Under the pieces are notes generated by a model. The model was not told the origin of the DNA and did no database searches. It saw only the letters and a list, made by a program, of their open reading frames with translations. From positions 26,188 to 90,187 of the forward strand of contig JAODLY010000013.1 in the NCBI GenBank assembly GCA_025464445.1: a DNA stretch of 64,000 nt, given 5' to 3'. This DNA is from Rhodoglobus sp. GTDB taxonomy: Bacteria; Actinomycetota; Actinomycetes; Actinomycetales; Microbacteriaceae. Position numbers and translations under genes: made by a program. Position 1 is the stretch's first letter. The number at the start of each line of letters is the position of its first letter. This document shows positions 11,011-21,149 of this stretch, in pieces.

Positions 11011-11259
11011 ATGGCATTGTCCACCGAAGAAGTCCTGGCCGGCCTGGCCGAACTCATCAACGACGAAACCGGCATCGCGACCGACACAGTCGAGTTGGAC
11101 AAGTCGTTCACAGACGACCTGGACATCGACTCGATCTCGATGATGACCATCGTCGTCAACGCCGAAGAGAAGTTCGACGTGAAGATCCCCGACGAAGAGG
11201 TCAAGAACCTCAAGACAGTCGGCGACGCAGTCAGCTTCATCACCAGCGCCCAGGGCTAG
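11011..11259 (+). CDS. acpP: acyl carrier protein
   Basis: The 82-aa ORF carries the phosphopantetheine attachment motif LDIDSISMM. It lies between fabH and fabF. Confidence 0.95.
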   Translation: MALSTEEVLAGLAELINDETGIATDTVELDKSFTDDLDIDSISMMTIVVNAEEKFDVKIPDEEVKNLKTVGDAVSFITSAQG

Positions 11260-11334
11260 CTAACGAACGCCGCGGCTGGCCTGCCGGGACTTCCCGGCTG
11301 GCCGCCGCGCGCGGTCCCCTAAAGGAATGTTGAT

Positions 11335-12579
11335 ATGACCAAGAAGATCGTTGTAACAGGCATCGGCGCGACCTCACCGCTCGGCGGTACGGCCAGGGAC
11401 TCATGGGACGCGCTGCTCGCCGGCGAATCGGGGGTGCATACCCTCACGCATGACTGGGTCGCCGAACTCGACCTGCCCGTGACGTTCGCGGCGGAGGCAC
11501 GGGTGCGCCCAGACACTGTCCTCGAACGCGTCGAATACAAGCGCCTCGACCCTTCGAGCCAGTTCGCGCTCATCTCGGCGCGCGAAGCATGGGCGGATGC
11601 CGGCGCTCCCGATGTCGATCCGATACGGGTCGGCGTCGACTACTCCACGGGCATCGGCGGTCTCTGGACGCTCCTCGACGCGTGGGACACGCTCAAGGAG
11701 AAGGGACCGCGCCGCGTGCTCCCGATGACCATCCCGATGCTCATGCCCAACGCCGCCGCCGCGACGATCAGCATGTCCATTCCCTCCCGTGCATACGCGC
11801 GAACGGATGTCTCTGCCTGCGCCTCGAGCACTGAAGCGATCGCCAACGCCTACGACCACCTGCAGTCCGGTCTCGCCGACGTCGTCATCGCCGGTGGAAC
11901 GGAGGCCGTCGTGCACCCGCTGCCGATCGCGGCGTTCGCGGCCATGCAGGCGCTGTCGAAGCGCAACGACGACCCGGCAGCGGCATCCCGGCCCTACGAT
12001 GTCACGCGCGACGGTTTCGTGCTCGGCGAGGGCGCGGGCACGCTCGTGCTCGAGACCGAGGAGCACGCGCTCGCCCGTGGGGCGCGAATCTACGCCGAGC
12101 TCGCCGGCGGCTCCGTGACGAGCGACTCGTACCACATCACTGCCCCGGACCCGGAGGGCTCCGCCGCTGCACGCGCCGTGCTCGGCGCGCTCGCCCAGGC
12201 CGGCGCGACCCCCGCGGATGTGCGACACATCAACGCGCACGCCACGAGCACCCCTGTTGGCGACATCGCCGAGTACAAGGCACTGCTGCGGGTGTTCGGC
12301 GACCTGTTGCCCAACATCCCGGTGTCGGCGACGAAGGCCGCGACGGGCCACCTGCTTGGCGGCACCGGCGCGCTCGAGGCGATCTTCACGATCCTCGCTC
12401 TGCACCACCGCACGGCTCCCCCGACGATCAACCTGACATCGCAAGACCCGGAGATCCCGCTCGACGTCGTGACCTCACCGCGTGCGCTCGGCGACGGGCC
12501 GCTCCTGGCGATCAGCAACTCGTTCGGGTTCGGCGGCCACAACGCCGTCGTGGCGTTCAGGAGCTACGAGAGCAAGTAG
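11335..12579 (+). CDS. fabF: beta-ketoacyl-ACP synthase II (KasA/FabF type)
   Basis: The 414-aa ORF contains ACASSTEAI (active Cys), HATSTPVGD, GHLLGGTGALE and NSFGFGGHN. Confidence 0.95.
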   Translation: MTKKIVVTGIGATSPLGGTARDSWDALLAGESGVHTLTHDWVAELDLPVTFAAEARVRPDTVLERVEYKRLDPSSQFALISAREAWADAGAPDVDPIRVGVDYSTGIGGLWTLLDAWDTLKEKGPRRVLPMTIPMLMPNAAAATISMSIPSRAYARTDVSACASSTEAIANAYDHLQSGLADVVIAGGTEAVVHPLPIAAFAAMQALSKRNDDPAAASRPYDVTRDGFVLGEGAGTLVLETEEHALARGARIYAELAGGSVTSDSYHITAPDPEGSAAARAVLGALAQAGATPADVRHINAHATSTPVGDIAEYKALLRVFGDLLPNIPVSATKAATGHLLGGTGALEAIFTILALHHRTAPPTINLTSQDPEIPLDVVTSPRALGDGPLLAISNSFGFGGHNAVVAFRSYESK

Positions 12580-12971
12580 GGCGCGAGCCTGTCGAGGCAG
12601 TCGTTCCAGCCCTGGATGTGGCGGTCGCGATCTTCCGCGGAGCCGAAACGCTCGTGCAGGATGGTGAGGGCAGTGCCCTCGCTTGACGGCTCGAACGTGA
12701 CGGTCACGAGGGTCTCCTCCGGGTCGCCCTCCCACTGCCAGGTCTGCACGAGGCGAGCGGGCTCGTCGAGGCTCACGAACTCGCCCACGATCGCCATGCC
12801 CCTCTCGCTGGATGCGATGCGGTAACGTCCACCCACTCGCAGGTCGACCTCCGCGGTCGTCTGCCATGACTCCGGCCACATCCAGGCGGTGAGGCCTTCC
12901 GCCGTGGTGAAAGCCGCCCACACCCGCTGGGGTGGTGCCGGGATCGTCCGTTCGATGAGCAATTCGGTCAC
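12564..12971 (-). CDS. SRPBCC / AHSA1-domain protein
   Basis: The sequence VTELLIERTIPAPPQRVWAAFTTAEGLTAWMWP... is typical of the Aha1/SRPBCC family paired with ArsR regulators. I chose the GTG at 12971, preceded by GGAGGAG. It overlaps the arsR stop by 4 nt. Confidence 0.8.
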   Translation of the reverse strand: MTELLIERTIPAPPQRVWAAFTTAEGLTAWMWPESWQTTAEVDLRVGGRYRIASSERGMAIVGEFVSLDEPARLVQTWQWEGDPEETLVTVTFEPSSEGTALTILHERFGSAEDRDRHIQGWNDCLDRLAPYLLS

Positions 12972-13294
12972 GATTTCTCCTCCAGGTGTTCGATGAGCGC
13001 GTCGACGCGCGAGTTCCAGAACCGCTCGTGCCGGGCGAGCCACGACGTGGCATCGCCGAGTGCGTTCGGCACCATCGCGCAACTGCGTACGCGGCCGGTC
13101 TTGGTGGTGCGCACGATGCCAGCAGCTTCGAGCACCGCAACATGCTTGCCGACCGCCGCGAGCGTCATAGCGAACGGTTGCCCGAGTTCGCTGACCGAGA
13201 GCCCGCCGCCGGACAGGCGTTCCACCATGGCCCGGCGGGTGGGATCCGCTATCGCGGAGTACACGGCGTCGAGCCGGCTCGAACTATTTACCAT
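12968..13294 (-). CDS. ArsR/SmtB-family transcriptional regulator
   Basis: The sequence MVNSSSRLDAVYSAIADPTRRAMVERLSGGGLSVSELGQPFAMTLAAVGKHVAVLEAAGIV contains the ArsR HTH. The longer track ORF (to 13516) runs through an upstream repeat region and was trimmed. Confidence 0.85.
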   Translation of the reverse strand: MVNSSSRLDAVYSAIADPTRRAMVERLSGGGLSVSELGQPFAMTLAAVGKHVAVLEAAGIVRTTKTGRVRSCAMVPNALGDATSWLARHERFWNSRVDALIEHLEEKS

Positions 13295-13343
13295 GTGGTT
13301 TAGTATTGGGGCGGCGCGGCATCCCGTCAAGTCCGCTTTCCTC

Positions 13344-13380
13344 ATCCAGGCCTTCATGATCCAGGCCTTCATGATCCAGG
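13344..13380. repeat. 15-bp tandem repeat ATCCAGGCCTTCATG, 2.5 copies
   Basis: Read directly from the sequence. It lies 50-86 nt upstream of the arsR ATG. The last partial copy is part of an imperfect long inverted repeat (13371-13393 against 13446-13469). Confidence 0.85.
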
Positions 13381-13475
13381 AGAGGGTGTTGCCGGTGTGG
13401 AGATTGTGGCGGGATCCCCGAACATCGGCCACTGCACACCCGAGGGCAACACACCCTCCTGGATGATGAAAGCCG

Positions 13476-13643
13476 TCAGCGCACCGGCCGGCAGGAATCG
13501 TGGATGAAGCACTCACCGTCGAAGAGGTGGAGGTCGTCTTCCGTGACGAGGCGTTCCAGTTGCTCGAGGTCGATGAGCGGCGGTGCCACCGCCTCGATGA
13601 GGTCGTCGAGTTCGCGGTCGAGTGTGTTCATGTCCGTATCCAT
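13476..13643 (-). CDS. small acidic hypothetical protein (55 aa), possibly translationally coupled to the DUF3145 gene
   Basis: Hand translation gives MDTDMNTLDRELDDLIEAVAPPLIDLEQLERLVTEDDLHLFDGECFIHDSCRPVR. The ATG lies 1 nt after the DUF3145 stop (TGAcATG). Third codon positions are strongly GC-biased, as in real genes here. I recognise no homology. Confidence 0.35.
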   Translation of the reverse strand: MDTDMNTLDRELDDLIEAVAPPLIDLEQLERLVTEDDLHLFDGECFIHDSCRPVR

Positions 13644-13644
13644 G

Positions 13645-14163
13645 TCAGCCCACCTTGTGCAGCCACACGACTGCTGAGTCCTGGCTCGCGTGGCGGAATG
13701 CCTCGAGCTCGTCGTCCCATGCCTGGCCGAGCGCGAGACGTAGTTCGCGGTGCAGCTCCGTGGCGTTGGCGCCCGCGACATCCATCGCGTACCGCACCCG
13801 ATCCTCGGGGATCACGACGTTGCCCACAGTGTCGGTCTGGGCGAAGTAGATCCCGAGGTCGGGGGTGTGCATCCAGCGGCCGCCGTCAGTGCCGAGCCCG
13901 GCATCCTCCGTGACCTCGAAGCGCAGGTGCTCCCAGCCGCGCAGCGCCGATGCGAGCTTCGCGCCCGTGCCGCGCGCGCCCTCCCAGTAGAACTCGGTGC
14001 GCTGCGAGCCTTTCAGCACGGGCTGCACGTCCCAGTCGAAGTTGACGGCGCGTTCGAGCGCCCGGCCCGCCGCCCATTCGATGTGCGGGCAGAGCGCGCG
14101 AGGAGCGGAGTGCACAAACAGCACTCCGCGAGCATTTGGTGCAGTCACATGCAGTGCAGACAC
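13645..14163 (-). CDS. DUF3145-domain protein (conserved actinobacterial)
   Basis: Motifs include RGVLFVHSAPRALCPHIEWAAGRAL...FDWDVQPVLKGSQRTEFYWEG. I chose the GTG at 14163, 5 nt after GGAGG. The ORF is open to 14199. Confidence 0.85.
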   Translation of the reverse strand: MSALHVTAPNARGVLFVHSAPRALCPHIEWAAGRALERAVNFDWDVQPVLKGSQRTEFYWEGARGTGAKLASALRGWEHLRFEVTEDAGLGTDGGRWMHTPDLGIYFAQTDTVGNVVIPEDRVRYAMDVAGANATELHRELRLALGQAWDDELEAFRHASQDSAVVWLHKVG

Positions 14164-14312
14164 AACTGCCTCCGTTCCGGTTGGGTGCGACTTCCCCATC
14201 GACCCGTGGAACGAATGCGTGACCTGTGAAATTGTGCGGCGAACCGCTGGGGCAATTATGACGGATTCTCCACCCGAATGACAAGCCTGTCATTCCGCGT
14301 GTCTGGGAGCGC

Positions 14313-15986
14313 CTACTTGGCCTTGCCGTAGTCGTCGACGATCGCAATGGTCAACGGGAACTCGACGGGAATCGCGCCGAACAGGAGGGTGCCCGCCTCC
14401 GCCGCCGCCGCGCGGATCGTCTCGGCCACCCCTTCCGCCTGGGCGGAGGGGGTATGCACGACGACCTCGTCATGCAGGAAGAACACCAGGTGCGGTGCCT
14501 CGGTGAGCCAGGCGCCGTCGGCCTGCTCGTTCAGCCGTCTGCGGATGCTCGCCATCCAGCACAGCGCCCACTCCGCCGCTGTGCCCTGCACGATGAAGTT
14601 GCGCGTGAACCGACCCCACGCCCGTGCGTGTTCGCGCGCCCTGGTCGTCTCCGCCTCGGACCTGGATTCGTCGTATCCCGCCTGCAGGCCGGGCGGTGAG
14701 CTCCTGCCCAGGCGCGTCGTGACCACCTCGCCGCGTTCGCCGGCGCGCGCGGCATCCTCGACCAGTCCGATCGCCTTCGGGTACGCGCGCGCGAGCTTCG
14801 GCATGAGCCGGCCACTCTCTCCTGTCGTCGCCCCGTACATCGCCCCGAGCATCGCGATTTTCGCCTGGTCGCGGGTCTCGACCGCGCCGCTGGCGACGAT
14901 GCCCGCATAGAGGTCGCCGGCCGTGCCTGCCGCCACCATGCCGCGATCTCCCGCCATCGCCGCGAGGATGCGGGGCTCAAGTTGTGAGGCGTCGGCAACG
15001 ACGAGCTTCCAGCCTTCATCCGCGACGACCGCCCCGCGGATCTGCCTCGGCAGCTGCAGCGCTCCCCCACCGCTCGTCGCCCAGCGGCCCGTGACAACCC
15101 CACCGGGAACGTAGTCCGGTCGAAACCGCCCGTCGGCGACCCAGGTGTCGAGCCAGTGCCAGCCATTCGCGGACAGCAGCCTGGCAAGCTTCTTGTATTC
15201 GAGCAGCGGCCCGATCGCGGGATGCTTGAGCTTCTTGAGCTCCCACGACCGGGTGGAGGTCACACTGAGCCCTGCCGCCCCAAGCGCCTTCAACAAATCT
15301 GCAGGAGAATCCGGGTTCAGGTCGGGCGACTCGAGCAATTCGCGCACTTTTGCGAGAATCTCCTGCAATTTCGCAGGGCGCTCGCCCTCGACGGTGGGCC
15401 TGGGCCCCAGGATGCCGGTGAGGATCTCGTCGTGCCTGTCCGCACGCCACGGCAAACCGGCGAAACGCATTTCGGCGGCGATGAGCGCCCCCGCCGATTC
15501 GGCGGCGAGCAGCCGCCCGATCCGTCCGGGCTCCGCGGATGCCGCAACCGCCGCCCGTTGCAGGGAGTACTCGGCCAGCGGGTCGGCCTCGCCCGCGACA
15601 GGCTGTTCCTGCGTCGACGGCAATTCGAACAGCGCGCCGCCGTCATCGGGCCGCTGGAGAGTTGCGGCGGGCGCATCCCACACGCCGGGCTCCGCTTTCG
15701 CTAGGGCGGAGTCTGCCGTCAGCGCCGAGAAACGCAGGATCGCATGGCACAGCCGCAGGTCGAAGCAGCGCTCGACGCGCACGCCTTCAGCGAGCAGCGC
15801 GGGATACCAGCGGGATGTGTAGTCCCACACCCACCGCGGGCGCTGCTTCTCCTCGGCGCGCACGAAAGTGGGCAGGTCGTCCACGTATTCGATGCCCATG
15901 GAGCCGCCGGCATCGTTCAGGCGCGCCGCCATGACGCGCCCCGTACTGGCTTTGCCAGTGGAGACGCGGGCAAGAACGATGAGCAC
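14313..15986 (-). CDS. family-A DNA polymerase-like protein (the family annotated as bifunctional 3'-5' exonuclease/DNA polymerase), lacking a 5' nuclease domain
   Basis: Pol I motifs are present: A (VVADASQLEPRILA), B (RDQAKIAMLGAMYG) and C (FFLHDEVVVH). The GTG at 15986 lies 1 nt after the upstream gene's TGA. The ORF is open to 16079. Confidence 0.85.
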   Translation of the reverse strand: MLIVLARVSTGKASTGRVMAARLNDAGGSMGIEYVDDLPTFVRAEEKQRPRWVWDYTSRWYPALLAEGVRVERCFDLRLCHAILRFSALTADSALAKAEPGVWDAPAATLQRPDDGGALFELPSTQEQPVAGEADPLAEYSLQRAAVAASAEPGRIGRLLAAESAGALIAAEMRFAGLPWRADRHDEILTGILGPRPTVEGERPAKLQEILAKVRELLESPDLNPDSPADLLKALGAAGLSVTSTRSWELKKLKHPAIGPLLEYKKLARLLSANGWHWLDTWVADGRFRPDYVPGGVVTGRWATSGGGALQLPRQIRGAVVADEGWKLVVADASQLEPRILAAMAGDRGMVAAGTAGDLYAGIVASGAVETRDQAKIAMLGAMYGATTGESGRLMPKLARAYPKAIGLVEDAARAGERGEVVTTRLGRSSPPGLQAGYDESRSEAETTRAREHARAWGRFTRNFIVQGTAAEWALCWMASIRRRLNEQADGAWLTEAPHLVFFLHDEVVVHTPSAQAEGVAETIRAAAAEAGTLLFGAIPVEFPLTIAIVDDYGKAK

Positions 15987-15987
15987 T

Positions 15988-18012
15988 TCAGCCGCCGGTG
16001 GCGGCATACGCGCGCTCGACGGCGGCCCCGAGATAGGGGGCGAGCGACCTCGAGAACGATGCGCTGAGGTGGTGATCATCGAAGTAGACGATCGTGCCGC
16101 CGATCACGACGTGGCAGCTGGCGCTGTCGCACACGTACGGCAGCAGCGACAGGTAGTTGACGCCGGGCACGGCGCGCGCCGCGACGCTTTCCAGGTTGCC
16201 GTCCTGGAGGCCGTCGGTGGGCCCCGTGGCGCACGGGTCGTACTGGTTGCGGTGCAGGTCCGCACACTCCGGCGCGGGGGTCGGGCGGGTGCCGGGAGTG
16301 TCCCCCACGACGAGGACAGTTTTGCCGAGCGCGACGAGCGAGGCGAATGTCGATTCGACGTGCCGGGTGAGCGCAGCGACATCCGATTCGGATGGATGCG
16401 CTTTGGAGAGGTAGTGGATCGCGTTGCTGTGGGTTGCGAACACGACGGTGTCGATGTCCGAGCGGGAGGCGAGTTCGTGCAACACGTTCGCCGTCCAGTC
16501 GATGCAGTCCTGTCCGCCCGGCTGGCCGAGGTCGAGTGTCGAGACCGCGAGGCAGTCGGTCTTGCGCATCAGGATGATCTTCCAGTGGTGCGCGGTGCCG
16601 TACGCCTCGAATCCGGCGATGAGCGCACCCGCGTGGGAGTTGCCGACAACCGCCACCGTGTGCACGGGATTCGTGAGGTCGCCGAACTCGCACTGCGTGA
16701 CCGTGGTGCCGCGAGAACTGCAGGGCAGGGCCAGCGAGCCGCGGTCCTGCGCGGCGAACACCGTGTCCACACCGGTCATGGCGAACGGCAGCGGGCAAAC
16801 GGTGGACCCGGCGATGGCTGCCGCGCCGAAGCAGGGATCCGACAGCGACCGGGCAAGGGACTCCCGTGCCGATGCAGCTGTGGAGGCCTGCAGGACGACC
16901 CAACTGCCACCGGTCGCGAGCACTATCGCGGCAATAGTCGCGGTCGCGAACATATACGACAGTTTCGGCCGGGAGATCACGGGGCTGAGCCGTACCGGGT
17001 CTTCGACGAAACGCTTTGTCAGCCAGGCGAGACCCGTCGAAGCCGCGAGAATGCCGATCCCGGTCCACGGTGTGACGGGCCCGAGCGCGATCGCCGCAAG
17101 CACCACGAGCGGCCAGTGCCACAGGTAGATCGAATACGAGAGCCCACCGACGACCTGAAGGGGCGGGGCCGCTGCCGCCCGATTCGGCGTGAAGCGCAGC
17201 CCGCCGTCGCCCGCGGCGATGATGAGCACGGCCCCGGCCACGGGAATCGCGGCGTAGCCGCCCGGAAACGGGGTGGCGGAGGTGAACAGCACGGCGGTGG
17301 CCGCTACCAGCGCGACACCTGTCCATGAGGCCGCACCGGCCACCAGCCTGTGCCGCCGCAGCCAGGCGATGAGGCCGGGCGCCAGGGCGAGCAGCCCCCC
17401 TGCCGCGAACTCCCACGCCCTTGTACCCGTGTTGAAGTAGCCGGCGGGCGAACCGGCCTGCGTGATCGAGTAACCCAGCGACAGCACGAACACGGATGCG
17501 AGAGCGATGACGACCGTGCGCCGCCGGCGTGAGCCGAGCAGCACCGCGGCGAGCAGCAGCAGCGGCCACACGATGTAGAACTGCTCCTCGACGGAGAGCG
17601 ACCAGAAGTGCTGCACCAGCGTGGGCGTTCCGTCTGCCGCGAGGTAATCCACCGAGCTGCCCGCGAGCACCCAGTTCTCACCGTAGAGCGCACTGGCCCC
17701 GATCTCGATGGCCGTTTGCTGCCAGAGCGAACGCGGAATCAGCGCGAGCATGCCGACAAGGCACGCGAGAAGCACGACGGATGCCGCAGGCAGTAGCCGC
17801 CGGATGCGCCGCGCCCAGAATCCCGCGAGCGCGATCCGCCCGGTCCGCTCAACCTCGGAAAAAAGGTGACCGGTGATCAGGAAGCCCGAGATGACGAAGA
17901 ACACGTCGACGCCGATGTAGCCGCCGGGCAGGGCATCCGGCCAGACGTGAAACACCACGACAAGCGTCACGGCGACGGCTCGCAGAGCCTGTATCTCGGG
18001 GCGGAATCCCAT
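15988..18012 (-). CDS. acyltransferase family 3 (OafA/YrhL-like) membrane protein with C-terminal SGNH-type domain
   Basis: The 674-aa ORF starts MGFRPEIQALRAVAVTLVVVFHVWPDALPGGYIGVDVFFVISGFLITGHL. It has about 10 predicted TM segments followed by a soluble C-terminal domain. Confidence 0.9.
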   Translation of the reverse strand: MGFRPEIQALRAVAVTLVVVFHVWPDALPGGYIGVDVFFVISGFLITGHLFSEVERTGRIALAGFWARRIRRLLPAASVVLLACLVGMLALIPRSLWQQTAIEIGASALYGENWVLAGSSVDYLAADGTPTLVQHFWSLSVEEQFYIVWPLLLLAAVLLGSRRRRTVVIALASVFVLSLGYSITQAGSPAGYFNTGTRAWEFAAGGLLALAPGLIAWLRRHRLVAGAASWTGVALVAATAVLFTSATPFPGGYAAIPVAGAVLIIAAGDGGLRFTPNRAAAAPPLQVVGGLSYSIYLWHWPLVVLAAIALGPVTPWTGIGILAASTGLAWLTKRFVEDPVRLSPVISRPKLSYMFATATIAAIVLATGGSWVVLQASTAASARESLARSLSDPCFGAAAIAGSTVCPLPFAMTGVDTVFAAQDRGSLALPCSSRGTTVTQCEFGDLTNPVHTVAVVGNSHAGALIAGFEAYGTAHHWKIILMRKTDCLAVSTLDLGQPGGQDCIDWTANVLHELASRSDIDTVVFATHSNAIHYLSKAHPSESDVAALTRHVESTFASLVALGKTVLVVGDTPGTRPTPAPECADLHRNQYDPCATGPTDGLQDGNLESVAARAVPGVNYLSLLPYVCDSASCHVVIGGTIVYFDDHHLSASFSRSLAPYLGAAVERAYAATGG

Positions 18013-18077
18013 TGTCCCAAGGGTACCCGGCGTGATGGGCGCCGGGCGCCCGACGGGCGCCCGGCATCCCCGCGACG

Positions 18078-19691
<1,614 letters not shown>

Positions 19692-19713
19692 GATGTGGTT
19701 GTCCTTAGTCGTT

Positions 19714-21015
19714 TCAGTGGAATTGTGCTGTCTCGGTGCTGCCCGCGAGAGCGAGGGTTTCGCTCTCCGGGTTGAGCGCCGTGGCGATCCTGTCGAAGTA
19801 GCCGGTTCCGACCTCGCGCTGGTGGCGCGTGGCCGTGTAGCCGTCCGGTTCGGACGCGAACTCTGCCTCCTGCAGCTCGACATACGCGCTCATGTGGCGC
19901 TGGGAGTAGTCCTTGGCGAGCGTGAACATCGAATGGTTCAGCGCGTGGAAGCCGGCGAGCGTGATGAACTGGAACGCGTAACCCATGGCAGCGAGCTCAC
20001 GCTGGAAACTCGCGATCTGCGCGTCATCCAGGTGGCTCTTCCAGTTGAACGATGGCGAGCAGTTGTATGCGAGCTTCTTGCCGGGAAACTCGGAGTGGAT
20101 GCTTTCCGCGAAGGCCCGCGCAAGCGCGAGGTCGGGCTCCGAACTCTCCACCCACAGCAGGTCGGCGTACGGTGCGTACGCGTGCCCGCGGGAGAGCACG
20201 GTGTCGATGCCCGGCATCGTGCGGTAGAAGCCCTCCGTCGTGCGGTCCCCGGTCAGGAACCGCTTGTCCCGGTCATCCACGTCGCTCGTGATGAGATCTG
20301 CAGCGAGGGAGTCGGTGCGCGCCACGATGAGGGTGGGCACGCCGGCGACATCCGCGGCAAGGCGTGCGGCGTTGAGGGTGCGGACGTGCTGCCCGGTCGG
20401 GATGAGCACCTTGCCACCCATGTGCCCGCACTTCTTCTCCGACGCGAGCTGGTCTTCCCAGTGCACGCCGGCAGCGCCGGCCTCGATCATCGAAGCCATG
20501 AGTTCATAGGCGTTGAGCGGCCCGCCGAAGCCGGCTTCGGCATCCGCGATGATCGGGGCGAGCCAGTCTGTCGGCGACGGGATGCCGGTTTCGGCGTACT
20601 CGATCTGGTCGGCGCGCAGCAACGCGTTGTTGATGCGCCGCACGACTGCGGGCACGCTGTTCGCCGGGTACAGGCTCTGGTCAGGGTAAGTCTGCCCCGA
20701 GAGGTTCGCGTCGGCCGCGACCTGCCAGCCGGAGAGGTAGATCGCCTTGAGGCCCGCACGCACCTGCTGCACGGCCTGGTTGCCCGTGAGCGCGCCGAGG
20801 GCGGGCACCCAGCTCTCCTCGTGGATGAGGCGCCACAGGTTCTCCGCGCCACGCTTGGCGAGCGTGCGCTCCTCGCGCACTGACCCGCGCAGCGCGACGA
20901 CGTCATCCGCCGTGTAGTCACGCTCGATGCCGCTCCAGCGGGCATCGGTCTTCCACTCGGTTTCTAGTTCTGCCGCGGTCTGTGCCTGGTCGCCCGGGCG
21001 GGTCGTGCTGGTCAT
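19714..21015 (-). CDS. aceA: isocitrate lyase
   Basis: The ORF carries the KKCGHMGGK signature and is 433 aa from the ATG at 21015 (MTSTTRPG...). It lies upstream of aceB. Confidence 0.95.
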   Translation of the reverse strand: MTSTTRPGDQAQTAAELETEWKTDARWSGIERDYTADDVVALRGSVREERTLAKRGAENLWRLIHEESWVPALGALTGNQAVQQVRAGLKAIYLSGWQVAADANLSGQTYPDQSLYPANSVPAVVRRINNALLRADQIEYAETGIPSPTDWLAPIIADAEAGFGGPLNAYELMASMIEAGAAGVHWEDQLASEKKCGHMGGKVLIPTGQHVRTLNAARLAADVAGVPTLIVARTDSLAADLITSDVDDRDKRFLTGDRTTEGFYRTMPGIDTVLSRGHAYAPYADLLWVESSEPDLALARAFAESIHSEFPGKKLAYNCSPSFNWKSHLDDAQIASFQRELAAMGYAFQFITLAGFHALNHSMFTLAKDYSQRHMSAYVELQEAEFASEPDGYTATRHQREVGTGYFDRIATALNPESETLALAGSTETAQFH

Positions 21016-21149
21016 CGTCCTGTCCTCCCGAAAACTGTTGGTCGTGCTTCGACTCTGCAGGCCATGGAGTGGTTCTTCTCCCGAAGATGCGGCAGAATTA
21101 TCGCCATTCTTCTGTTTCCCGGAAGAACCCGGCGAGGGAGGGCCGCACC

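Noticed and set aside
13344-13380. Possible CRISPR-like or minisatellite array
   Set aside because: There are only 2.5 directly abutting 15-nt copies with no spacers and no cas genes. This is a simple tandem duplication, not a CRISPR array.
14270-14300. Hairpin GAATGACA-AGCC-TGTCATTC between the polymerase-like gene and the DUF3145 gene
   Set aside because: This is an 8-bp AT-containing stem with no T tract. It could be an operator or a weak terminator, but there is no second copy or context to support either.
15868-17569. ORFs 15868..17328 (+) and 16076..17569 (-) of about 490 aa
   Set aside because: They overlap the acyltransferase_3/SGNH gene, which has a coherent TM topology and family motifs. 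The alternatives are low-complexity Arg/Gly-rich frames.
21016-21149. RamB-type operator in the aceA / regulator divergent spacer
   Set aside because: I found only weak repeats (TTCTTCT...CCCG twice, and an 8-bp GGTTCTTC/GAAGAACC inverted repeat). Nothing matches the corynebacterial RamB box convincingly, so I do not report it as a feature.
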